64,000 bases of DNA from the human T2T-CHM13v2.0 reference genome, Homo sapiens. Below are positions 27,826 through 39,673 of the stretch, in pieces (position 1 is the stretch's first letter; the number at the start of each line of letters is the position of its first letter). The position numbers and the translations under genes were made by a program. The notes under the pieces were generated by a model. It was not told the DNA's origin. It worked only from the letters and a program-made list of their open reading frames with translations, and made no database searches. Location: NCBI RefSeq assembly GCF_009914755.1, contig NC_060934.1, one strand, 5' to 3'.

Positions 27826-28955
27826 ACCTCATGTGTCCTGTGCACCTTGGATGGAGACACCACCAACCTGGCAGGGCCCCAACCCTCTGGACGCACATTC
27901 ACTTCCCGTAATGACCTCGCTGGAGGGGCTTGACTGCTCTCCACATCCACACAGGCACAGTGGGCCATGGATGGATCCTGGGATGCTCGGGGCTCTCACA
28001 GACCCCAGGCTGGTGGCTCAGCCCATTATCCTCCCGGGAAGACAGGGGTATAACCAAGCACCGCAGGTGTTGTCCTGTTACAGATGACATTTGATAATAA
28101 TAATAGAAAAATAGTAACATTGTGGGGGGTGGTACTAGAGACAGTGACAGCGAGGCACAGCAAGGTTAAGGAGCTTTGGCCAAGGTCACCAAGCCGATTA
28201 GTGGCAAAGCCAAGGTTTCCGCTGCTTTTTATGACTCTGCGCTCTTTGAAACTGACCTCTTTTGAATCTGACATTATGTTAGTGGTCTGTCTTCATGCTG
28301 TCTTCTTTAGCTTTTTTTTTTTTTTTTTTTTAATTCATAATCAGTGTTTTTATTATTTTCGATGATGGCTCATTTCTAAGTTAAGTGATGTATACTGTCT
28401 ACATTTCCCATCTATAAGCTTTTGTTTTTCCTGGACTTTTGTTACCTAATTTTGATTTGCTTAGGTTATTATTTTTTTAATCTATGGCATGTCTTCCTAT
28501 CGCTATGTACAATGGCTTTCAGTAGAACTTTTTACATCTTCAAACTCATCAGATAACTGTGTTTTAATATCTTTTTCTGAGGACATTCCTCCCAAATCCC
28601 TCTGTTCTGCTCCACTTGGGGCTGATAGGTCCTTTTCTGTTTTGAGACAGGGTCTCACTCTGTTGCCCAGGCTTCAGTGTAGTGGCACGACCTTGGCTCA
28701 CCGCAGCCTTGACCTCTGGGCTCAAGAGGTCCTCTGATTGTTCTTTATTCTTGTTGCACAGCTGTTGTTTGGGGACTTCCCTTTGCCATCATCCTGGGAT
28801 TTCCCTTTACCTCCTTCCTGTGTGATCTCCGGTTTCCTAAAATCCCTGTCTTCCTCTCTGTTAGGTTATTCCCTGTTTTGGTCAGTACATCATCCAAGAG
28901 TTTCCTGACAAAAGAGATGGGAAGGTAATTTGTTTCTCCAGAAGTAGATTTTTCT

Positions 28956-30501
28956 TTCTTTCTTTTTTTTTTTTTAATTGATCATTCTTGGGTGTTTCTC
29001 ACAGGGGGATTTGGCAGGGTCACAGGACAATAGTGGAGGGAAGGTCAGCAGATAAACAAGTGAACAAAGGTCTCCGGTTTTCCTAGGCAGAGGACCCTGC
29101 GGCCTTCCGCAGTGTTTGTGTCCCTGGGTACTTGAGATTAGGGAGTGGTGATGACTCTTAAGGAGCATGCTGCCTTCAAGCATCTGTTTAACAAAGAACA
29201 TCTTGCACCGCCCTTAATCCATTCAACCCTGAGTGGATACAGCACATGTTTCAGAGAGCACAGGGTTGGGGGTAAGGTCACAGATCAACAGGATCCCAAG
29301 GCAGAAGAATTTTTCTTAGTACAGAACAAAATGAAAAGTCTCCCATGTCTACCTCTTTCTACACAGACATGGCAACCATCCGATTTCTCAATCTTTTCCC
29401 CACCTTTCCCCTCTTTCTATTCTACAAAACCGCCATTGTCATCATGGCCCGTTCTCAACGAGCTGCTGGGTACACCTCCCAGACGGGGTGGTGGCCGGGC
29501 AGAGGGGCTCCTCATTTCCCAGTAGGGGCGGCCGGGCAGAGGCACCCCTCACCTCCCGGACGGGGCGGCTGGCCGGGCAGAGGGGCTCCTCACTTCCCAG
29601 TAGGGGCGGCCGGGCAGAGGCGCCCCTCACTTCCCGGATGGGGCGGCTGGCCGGGCAGGGGGCTGACCCCCCCACCTCCCTCCCGGACGGGGCGGCTGGC
29701 TGGGCGGGCGGCTGACCCCCCCACCTCCCTCCCGGACGAGGTGGCTGCCGGGTGGAGACGCTCCTCACTTCCCAGACGGGGCGGCTGCCGGGCGGAGGGG
29801 CTCCTCACTTCTCAGACGGGGCGGCCGGGCAGAGACGCTCCTCACATCCCGGATGGGGCGGCAGGGCAGAGGTGCTCCCCACATCTCAGAAGATGGGCGG
29901 CCGGGCAGAGACGCTCCTCACTTCCCAGATGGGATGGCGGCCGGGAAGAGACGCTCCTCACTTTCCAGACTGGGCAGCCAGGCAGAGGGGCTCCTCACAT
30001 CCCAGTCGATGGGCGGCCAGGCAGAGACGCTCCTCACTTCCCAGACGGGGTGGCGGCCGGGCAGAGGCTGCAATCTCTGCACTTTGGGAGGCCAAGGCAG
30101 GCTGCTGGGAGGTGGAGGTTGTAGCGAGCCGAGATCACGCCACTGCACTCCCGCCTTGGCACCATTGAGCACTGAGTGAACGAGACTCCGTCTGCAATCC
30201 CGGCACCTCGGGAGGCCGAGGCTGGCGGATCACTCGCGGTTAGGGGCTGGAGACCAGCCCGGCCAACACAGCGAAACCCCGTCTCCACCAAAAAAATACG
30301 AAAACCAGTCAGGCGTGGCGGCGCGCGCCTGCAATCCCAGGCACTCGGCAGGCTGAGGCAGGAGAATCAGGCAGGGAGGTTGCAGTGAGCCGAGGTGGCA
30401 GCAGTACCGTCCAGCTTCGGCTCGGCATCAGAGGGAGACCTTGGAAAGAGAGGGAGAGGGAGACCGTGGGGAGAGGGAGAGGGGGAGGGGGAGGGGGAGG
30501 G
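28956..30501 (-). mobile_element. Full-length SVA retrotransposon, antisense to TACC2 (subfamily not firmly assigned, SVA_D-like)
   Basis: On the + strand: poly-T (~28956-28975), SINE-R (~28976-29475), GC-rich VNTR (~29480-30060), Alu-like domain (~30060-30440), (AGAGGG/GGGGGA)n hexamer end. TSD GTAGATTTTTCT at 28944-28955 and 30502-30513. Confidence 0.96.
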
Positions 30502-30849
30502 GTAGATTTTTCTAACTGCCTTCTTTAGCTTTTAAAGAAAGCACTTTTCCAGAGCGTCTCATTTCATGCCTGCTTATAAAGGATGAGGAGTGGCCCCAGG
30601 TCACAGCCGGTGTTATTTCCCCCATTGCCCTCTCCCTCTGCCTTCAAATGAGCAGTTAAGTCAGTAACCGGCTGAGCCCTTGTGCTGATGCTGGGGCTCT
30701 GCCTGGGGGACTGTGGCCCCTTGGTCGGCAGCCCACCAGGGAAGCACCCCAGCAGGACAACAGGTGGGGATGTGGCAAGGAAAGCTGCTCATCTCTGGCT
30801 GACACCAGAGAAGTGACAGTCAGCAAAGCAGGACAGAGAGGGACATGTG

Positions 30850-31137
30850 GGCCGGGTACGGTGGCCCATGCCTGTCATCTCAGCACTTTGGGAGGCTGAG
30901 GTGGGAGGATCGCTGGAGCCCAGGAGTTTGAGACCAGCCTGGGCAGCATAGCAAGACTGCTTCTCTACAAAAAATTTAAAAACTAGCCAGGTGTGGTGTC
31001 ACGAGTTTGGCTAGCCACTTAGGAGGGTGAAGCCAGAGGATCACTTGGAGTTCAAGGTTGCAATGAGCTATGATAACGCCACTGCACTGCAGCCTGGGTG
31101 ACAGAGTGAGACCCTGGCTCTTCAAAAAAAAAAAAAA
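30850..31137 (+). mobile_element. Alu (J-like)
   Basis: Sense dimer with a degenerate right arm. Confidence 0.85.
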
Positions 31138-32617
31138 TGACGTGTGGCATGCTCTAGGTGGAGCCAGGATCAGCCCAGGGCTGCTGAAGTCCCAGCTGTC
31201 TGAACCGCCCGCACAGCACAGTGGGGCTGTCACTCCAACAGTGCTCCTGGGTGCCTTCTTACTTCTTACCCTACCTAGCAAAGCCTCCCCTTAGGTGCTC
31301 CCCATCCTCACTATGGCTCTGTCACTTAGATGCTCACGAGGCGGACTCTGCTGGGAACAATTTGGTTTATGTAAAGACACTTTAATTTCTTCATCACTAA
31401 GTGAGTTAGCACGGTCAGTAACTGTCCCCACAGTGCCTCGACGGCACTTTTCCCTCTTGGTTTCTGGGAATTGAACAGAAGTTTGAGAGCAGACATACGA
31501 GAGCAAGATAGACCTCAGGAAGCAGAGGAGCACAGCCCCACCCGGTGGGGGTTCCTGGGGTCTCTGTGAGATCCTGAACACCCACTGGTCTGAGGACAGA
31601 AGGCAGCCATGGCACGGGCCTCCTGCTCTCTTGCTGGTCGGTTTTGGGTTTGGTTTCTTGAGCTGTCTGTTTTGGACCACATCAGAGGAGGGTGGGCACC
31701 AAAGGACAGCCTCTGCCTGGTACTTCTGCAGCACTGATGCCTCACGCCTCTGGGGTAAAACCCCCACAGGAACTTGGAGCTCAAAGGCCCATCCAAGCTT
31801 ATCCTCAAAGCTGACTCATTTTTGTGGCCAAATACTAAAGTGTTACCCACTGGAGGTTTAAGAATGAGGATAGGCCCAGATAGAAGCAGATGAGGTGAGA
31901 TAGCCCAGTTCCAGACTTCCCGATGAGGAGGCGCACCTGTGGCACCTGTTACGATGGGGGCCCTGAGCCCCCACCCCAGCCCTGCAGAAGGAAGTGCTGC
32001 TCTGCAGAGGAAGGGGCGGATGGAGGCGGAGTCTGGGGTTTTAATGAGTGTCTCAGGTGTGTCTTAGGCTAGACAAATTTGGGAAATGTTGAATTCATCA
32101 CGGACTTGCTCTGAGCTACCCACAGCAACCAGCAAACTGCCACAGAAAGACCAAGTACTGCTTTGTATCTCGTTAGCCTACTTAAAATGGACACCTTTTC
32201 CCAGAATAAATATTACTAACTGAAGATTACTATTTGTGTACTTAGAAGATACAAAGCCATGCTCTCTGTGTAGGAGACCATCTACCCGTGATGCGGCAGC
32301 TTAAGAGAAGAGTCTGTGAATGCCTGGGCACACCTCTGGCCCTCTGGGCGTCAAGGATTCCTGTGCACAGTGAACTCACTGGGGGGTGGGGGGAAAGAGG
32401 GGAGGATGGAGAGGCGCCAGTGCGGGGGCTGGCAGCAAGTGCTTCTGTGAGAAACAGTCCAGCAAGGCTAAGGGTGTGGCCTTTGGAGAAGGTAGGGTGA
32501 CATCAGCTGGGTGATGTCTGCTGCCCTGTCCTGGCTTTGTCTCTTTCCTGGGAGCCCCCTGTCATCTCTAACACATTCGCTTTCCCTCAACTTGGGCATT
32601 TTACTGGGCAGCACTGG

Positions 32618-32962
32618 TGCTATGGCCTGAATTGTGGCCTCCAATGTTTGTATGCTGAAGCCCCAACCCCCAATGTGATTATTTGTAGGGAGGACCTTTA
32701 AGGAGACAGTTAAGGTTGAATGGGTTCATACAGGTGGGGCCCTAAGCCCATGGGGACCAGTGTTCCTATACGAAGAGGAAGAGACCAGGAGTGTGCAGAG
32801 AAAAGGCCATCTGCAAACCAAGGAGAGCGGCCTCAGGAGAGACAAACCCACTGATGCCTTGACCTTGGACTTGCAGCCTCCAGCACTGTGAGAAATAAAT
32901 TTCTGTGGTTTAAACCGCCCAGTCTGTGGTCCTTGGTGACGGCAGCCCAGCAAGCTCATGTA
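32618..32962 (+). mobile_element. MaLR solo LTR (MLT1B/C-like)
   Basis: tgctatggcctgaattgtg ... ccttgaccttggactt.cagcctccag.actgtgagaaataaatttctg motifs. Confidence 0.8.
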
Positions 32963-33312
32963 ACTGGGATACCCTAGTGACCCTTTTCATCTGATGAACT
33001 GCGGGTGCTGACTTTGTCATCAGACTGAGCCAGAAACCTGGAGCCTGTGTGCAAGGCACTGTTCTCTGGGGCATTGCCCAGATCTGTGTCAGTGGAGACA
33101 TGAGGTGGAGGAAGTGTTGTGTATGTATTCATCTGGGTTCCTATCCTTCCTTACCTCTATGTCCTCGGCACACCCCCCAGTGGCTGATGTATGGGAGGCA
33201 CCCCAGGTTATTTGTGGAATGAACAAATGAATCACACAGTTGATTGTGTCTGCATTGGTCTTCATGCAGATATGCCGTGTGGATGTTTAGAAATCCAGTA
33301 GGGGAGCAGGGA

Positions 33313-33605
33313 GGCTGGGTGTGGTGGCTCACACCTGTAATCTCAACACTTTGGGAGGCTGAGGCAGACGGATCACTTGAGGTCAGGAGTTCAAGACCAA
33401 CCTGGCCAACATAATGAAACCCCATCTCTACTAAAAATAGAAAAATTAGCCAGGCGTGGTGGCACACACCTGTAATCCCAGCTACTCGGGAGGCTCAGAC
33501 AAGAGAATCACTTCAACCTGAGAGGTGGAGGTTGTAGTGAGCTGAGATCGCACCACTGCACTCCAGCCTGGGTGATGGAATGGGACTATTTAAAAAAAAA
33601 AAAAA
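33313..33605 (+). mobile_element. Alu (S-like)
   Basis: Sense dimer with A tail. Confidence 0.9.
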
Positions 33606-33714
33606 TGCAGTAGGCGAGCAGGGAGGACTTCGAACCCAGTTGGACCACAGGAGCCCTTCTAGCCCTGTGAGGGGCCCCGTGGAGCAGCCTGCTCTGGTAA
33701 CCAACACAATAAGA

Positions 33715-33933
33715 CAGCCGTTCCCAACCAGGGAGGATTTTGCCCCCACAAGGGTACATGGCAATGTCTGGACACAGTGTTGGTTGTCACAGCTGGGGTA
33801 AGGGTGGGGCCTACTGGCATCCATTGTGTGGAGGCCAGGGATGCTGGTAAGCATCCTACAGGGCACAGGACAGCCCCCAGCATAAAAATCTGACTGCCCC
33901 CAAATGACCATAATGCCAAGGATAAGAAACCCT
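33715..33933 (+). mobile_element. MER20 hAT-Charlie element
   Basis: gattttgccccc..ggcaatgtctgga..ttggttgtcaca.ctgggg..ctactggcatc..gaggccagggatgctg..aagaaaccctg. Confidence 0.85.
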
Positions 33934-34852
33934 GCAGCAAGATTAGGTTTCCTGGTTCATGATGAGCTAATGAGAGCATGTCAGTTCTAAAGAGGAAAGC
34001 CATGCTAAGCAGGCAGGGAGCTCTTTCTTCTGGAGGAAGCAATGAGCAGATGGTTAAGCTCATTGTTGCGTGATAACTGCTGACATTTGAAGGGCCTCCG
34101 AAGGCTTCCTTCTGCAGGCTGCAGAGGCACGTGTAACGGCCTGAGAGGGAGAGGGTTGGTGTTTGTGGGCCTTGACGACGGGATAGGCTGAGGCTCGTGC
34201 TTCCTCCTGCCAAGGCCCATTTGAAAGCACCTGGTCCCCTTCAGCATCCCCTGGTCCTCTGTTCCCTCCGTGTATCCAGGGGCAATTACAGAGCAGGAAG
34301 AGGAGGTCACGGCTGGTGGGAGGATGGGGTACTTGAGAGTACTAGGGCCTAGAGGAAACAGGGAGTTGATTTTAGAAAGAAGCGAGGCAACACCTTTTGA
34401 AATGAGAAGGAAGGAGTGTTTGGAGAAACCGTTTGGTAGAAAGAGCTCCGTATTTAGGGCGTCTGCTCCAGGTAGGCCCTGGGTGGAGAAGAGGAGAGTG
34501 AGAGGCTTGAAACCAGGACTAGCTCATAGATGTGCTTCCAAATGATGCTTTCAATCCAAGCGTTTATTGATCCTGTAAGAAAGTGTGACCAGTCAAGGGG
34601 GAAACAAAGCCAAGGCCAGTTCCTGAACTCAAGAACCTTGAAGTTTTCTTGTGTTGTGAGCTGAGTTCTCTGCCAGGTACTCCAGGAGAAAGGTTGCTAT
34701 GAGCAAAGCTTGGTAAGCACTCTGCAGAATACTCACTGCCCAGAGATTTGCAGTCGGGAGCATGAATTGCTCTGAGAAAATCGACAGGAAGAGACCAGTT
34801 CAGGGGTTAATTGTGCATTTCCCAAACCTTGTTTGTTTGTTGGGATGAGAGA

Positions 34853-35017
34853 TAGGGCTCCCTGATTTAGCAAATGAAAATACAGGGTGCCCATTAAATC
34901 TGAATCTTAGATAAACAAAGAATCATCGAGACATGGGACATACTTATATTAAAAAACATGTTCATTTATCTGAAATTCAAATCAGCTGAACATCCTGTCC
35001 TTTGTCTGGCAACCATG
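34853..35017. mobile_element. MER53 palindromic hAT MITE, internally deleted
   Basis: taggg...gatttagcaaat.aaaatacagg.tgccca.ttaaat.tgaat..agataaac ... tttatctgaaattcaaa ... tctggcaacc. Confidence 0.8.
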
Positions 35018-35699
35018 CCGGTGGCAGAAGGGGACTGGGGGTACATAACACCTGTCACGAGGCACACATTGGAAACGCTGTCCCAGGTCTTACCTGTGCC
35101 AGCTCCGTTTACTCCTCATTCTGCATCTCCCAGTACTTAGGCCTGCAGACCGCTTTATCGTGTTTGCCCTCTTGTCCAATGACACACTTTTAGTTTTCTG
35201 GCATCCTTGACTGCCTGGAGCAGCTGTGACCTCAGAAATGCATGAAAGATGCCGCTGGGTGCCAGCAGAACCTAGAGTAGCCAAGCCAAAGCTGGGGCTG
35301 GCCGGATCCCCATGGGCAGTAGGGTGGTGGCACCTTTGAGCATCATTTGGCCAACATTTGCAGCATCTGCAGCATGTTTGGGAAATAGGAGCAACCTCCT
35401 TGACTGGCAGGGGCTGATGAGGTAGAAAAGCTGAGAGGAGGCAGCTGGGAGAGCAGTGAGACTAGGCAAGAGGCAGGGCCAAGGATAGGCAGGCAGGACT
35501 GAAGGAGAGGTTACAGGTGATGGCTGGAGCGGCAGGTGGCAGACAGCAAGTGCTACTACAGGTGCCGGGGGCCTCCGTGTACAGGCTCCCCTGATCTTCA
35601 CAGTGGCTCTGAGGAGTCAAGAACAGGCTTGCTGGTGGCCGTGGCTAGTATGAATATTTATGGAAGCCTCCGTATGCCTTCCTGCAGGATTTCTCTGTC

Positions 35700-36432
<733 letters not shown>

Positions 36433-36692
36433 TACTCTGAGCTGTTCTTTAATCGGTCCTCATGATCCTCATTGTACAGATGAGGGAACTCTGGGCGAAC
36501 CTGGCCTGGGTCTTGAGCTAATTACGGGTAGGTCAGGTTCTGTACCCAAGTAGTACACACAGTGATGGGCGGGGTGGCCTGGGGCCGTGGTTTGTCAACC
36601 CCTACGCTGGAGGGTGATGTTTTGGTACAAGAGGAGAGGTGCCCCAATGCGTCCTGTGTCTGTAATTGATGGCGTTGTCTGTGTTTCCCCAG

Positions 36693-38004
36693 GATGTGGT
36701 TCTGAGACAGTCCCTGTCCCTGATGGCCCACGGAGCGACTCGGTGGAAGGAAGTCCCTTCCGTCCCCCGTCACACTCCTTCTCTGCCGTCTTCGATGAAG
36801 ACAAGCCGATAGCCAGCAGTGGGACTTACAACTTGGACTTTGACAACATTGAGCTTGTGGATACCTTTCAGACCTTGGAGCCTCGTGCCTCAGACGCTAA
36901 GAATCAGGAGGGCAAAGTGAACACACGGAGGAAGTCCACGGATTCCGTCCCCATCTCTAAGTCTACACTGTCCCGGTCGCTCAGCCTGCAAGCCAGTGAC
37001 TTTGATGGTGCTTCTTCCTCAGGCAATCCCGAGGCCGTGGCCCTTGCCCCAGATGCATATAGCACGGGTTCCAGCAGTGCTTCTAGTACCCTTAAGCGAA
37101 CTAAAAAACCGAGGCCGCCTTCCTTAAAAAAGAAACAGACCACCAAGAAACCCACAGAGACCCCCCCAGTGAAGGAGACGCAACAGGAGCCAGATGAAGA
37201 GAGCCTTGTCCCCAGTGGGGAGAATCTAGCATCTGAGACGAAAACGGAATCTGCCAAGACGGAAGGTCCTAGCCCAGCCTTATTGGAGGAGACGCCCCTT
37301 GAGCCCGCTGTGGGGCCCAAAGCTGCCTGCCCTCTGGACTCAGAGAGTGCAGAAGGGGTTGTCCCCCCGGCTTCTGGAGGTGGCAGAGTGCAGAACTCAC
37401 CCCCTGTCGGGAGGAAAACGCTGCCTCTTACCACGGCCCCGGAGGCAGGGGAGGTAACCCCATCGGATAGCGGGGGGCAAGAGGACTCTCCAGCCAAAGG
37501 GCTCTCCGTAAGGCTGGAGTTTGACTATTCTGAGGACAAGAGTAGTTGGGACAACCAGCAGGAAAACCCCCCTCCTACCAAAAAGATAGGCAAAAAGCCA
37601 GTTGCCAAAATGCCCCTGAGGAGGCCAAAGATGAAAAAGACACCCGAGAAACTTGACAACACTCCTGCCTCACCTCCCAGATCCCCTGCTGAACCCAATG
37701 ACATCCCCATTGCTAAAGGTACTTACACCTTTGATATTGACAAGTGGGATGACCCCAATTTTAACCCTTTTTCTTCCACCTCAAAAATGCAGGAGTCTCC
37801 CAAACTGCCCCAACAATCATACAACTTTGACCCAGACACCTGTGATGAGTCCGTTGACCCCTTTAAGACATCCTCTAAGACCCCCAGCTCACCTTCTAAA
37901 TCCCCAGCCTCCTTTGAGATCCCAGCCAGTGCTATGGAAGCCAATGGAGTGGACGGGGATGGGCTAAACAAGCCCGCCAAGAAGAAGAAGACGCCCCTAA
38001 AGAC
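36693..38004 (+). CDS. TACC2: TACC2 large exon, 1312 nt (GCGSETVPV...KKKKTPLKT), Ser/Pro-rich with SDP-type repeats and basic clusters
   Basis: Lies within the 473-aa ORF 36587..38008. Acceptor gtgtttccccag|GA, donor AC|gtaagt, phase 1 in / 2 out. Contains GTYTFDIDKWDDPNFNPF and SYNFDPDTCDESVDPF repeats typical of TACC1/2. Confidence 0.97.
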
Positions 38005-39637
38005 GTAAGTTCAGGGGTGGAGGTGGTAAGGATCAGAGGCGGGGGTGCGCATTGGCTGTGACCCTTGGTCATGTGCCTGGATAACCTTCGACTGCCCTAA
38101 CCTTGCCCCTGGGTGCTGTGATGATGCCACGCTTACGGCCGTTGCACCAAGCAGACAATGTACGTGTTTTCCTTCCTCTCTGCGGTCACAGTGGTGGCAT
38201 TTTCCCATCCACATACCCCTTTGTGTCCTTGATCTTTTGCTTTAATAAATCAATGGGCTGGAGCTTTACTTGTAGCCAAAGACCTAATGTTCAACTCCAG
38301 AGCAATCTGGGAGATCCCATGGAAGGGGAAAGGTCCTTAGAGATCTGGTTCATCTCCCTGTTGGTGACTGATTGCTTTTTGGAGAAGCTGGGAGATACAC
38401 CCTTTAAAATATTAAAATGTATAGTACTTGTTTCTGCCTATTAATGAGACATTAGCCCAACCTACAAACATAGTAGATTCCAGGAGGCTCAGGAATGAGA
38501 GATGTGGCCTGGGCCCCTCCCTGCTGCACTCCAACCAGCCCGTAAGAAACACCCTTCTTTGTCTCCTTCCTTCTCTCCAGTCATCTTTTGTAGACAAAGT
38601 CCCTGCAAGTTCTGAAGAGATAAATGGAACCTGAAAGTGGGGAGCAAATCCCCACAATCCCCAGGAAGCCATTGGTCCTTGGCTCTATGGTCCCCAGACA
38701 CTTGACAAGGCCAAGTACATCGTGCTTAAATATCAAACACCCATGCCTCCAGAATCCACCCCAGGACCCGGCTCTAATGTGGATGGCTGCTGGTCCTTTA
38801 TTCTTTGGCCCCTGTGGTTAATATCTTGGCGATTTCCTTACTCTTACGGGAAGTATTGTCAGTAATTTAACAAGGCTGAGGAGATCAGTCTCCCAGGGGC
38901 AGCAGAACAGACCACAGCGCTGGCCCCTCTGGGTCTGCCTGGCACGAAAGAGACAGAACGACATGTTTACCTCCCATTCTGGGCTCCCCCTAACATTGAA
39001 TTTCTGAGAAGAACCCAGGGCCTCCTGAGAGGAGGTCTCTACAGCAGGTTACCTTAGATCAACCTGCCACTGTCTAGTGGTGGCTGGAGGCCATCCTGGC
39101 CAAAATGGGGACTTTGTTTTAGATCAGTTACTCAACTAGGTCCCTACTAGAGACTCTCTAGAATTCACGTTGGAAACTTGATTTCAAGCCTGGAATAGGA
39201 GAAGTCTGCAATGGCTAGACTGCAAGGCCGTGCTCTCTCATCTGGAATGAGAGCCAACCTTAGCCGCCACCTCTTCCTTCTCCAAGATATGTTCTGTGTC
39301 TCATAGGCGTCCCCAGTCACTTTCTTGTTTGAATATTAGAGCTAACAGGGGTCAGGGAAGTTTACCCAACTGTGTCCTCACCTCTAGTGCAGACAGGGAC
39401 TTTGGCGTGGAAGACCCTGCGTGGGTCTGACAAAGCTCTTGGGGCACCACGGCTTTGTGGGATCATTAGGATCAAGAGAGGAAGCTGTTCCCCAGCAGCT
39501 CCTTCCAAAAAGCTGGGGCATTGCCCTACAGCGGTGGCCGCCATATCCTAACCCATTAATAACCAGTTGTCTGCAGATTTATCTTTTTTGTCAGTTCCTT
39601 CTGTCTGTCTCTCTTTTTCTTTGTCTTCTTGTCTTAG

Positions 39638-39673
39638 GATGGTTGAAGATGTGATGTCTGTGTGTTCTCTGTT
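39638..39673 (+). CDS. TACC2: TACC2 36-nt alternative microexon (adds MVEDVMSVCSLF)
   Basis: Long pyrimidine tract ending gtcttag|G, donor TT|gtaagt. Phase 2/2, frame-preserving, no stop codon. Confidence 0.85.

Noticed and set aside
26677-27933. Long ORFs (418, 349 and 339 aa, including a Cys/His-rich CRCGHCGQ repeat resembling a metal-binding protein)
   Set aside because: A 45-bp (3n) unit without stops automatically leaves several frames open. The ORFs end near the array edges and have no promoter, splice or homology support.
28974-30388. Cluster of overlapping ORFs up to 259 aa
   Set aside because: Entirely within the GC-rich SVA; non-coding.
33431-33440. Perfect MEF2 motif CTAAAAATAG
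   Set aside because: One-base variant of the standard Alu linker (CTAAAAATAC); no other support.
36595-37980. Antisense and alternate-frame ORFs over the large exon (e.g. 36904..37497 minus strand)
   Set aside because: Shadow ORFs of a GC-rich coding exon with no independent signals.
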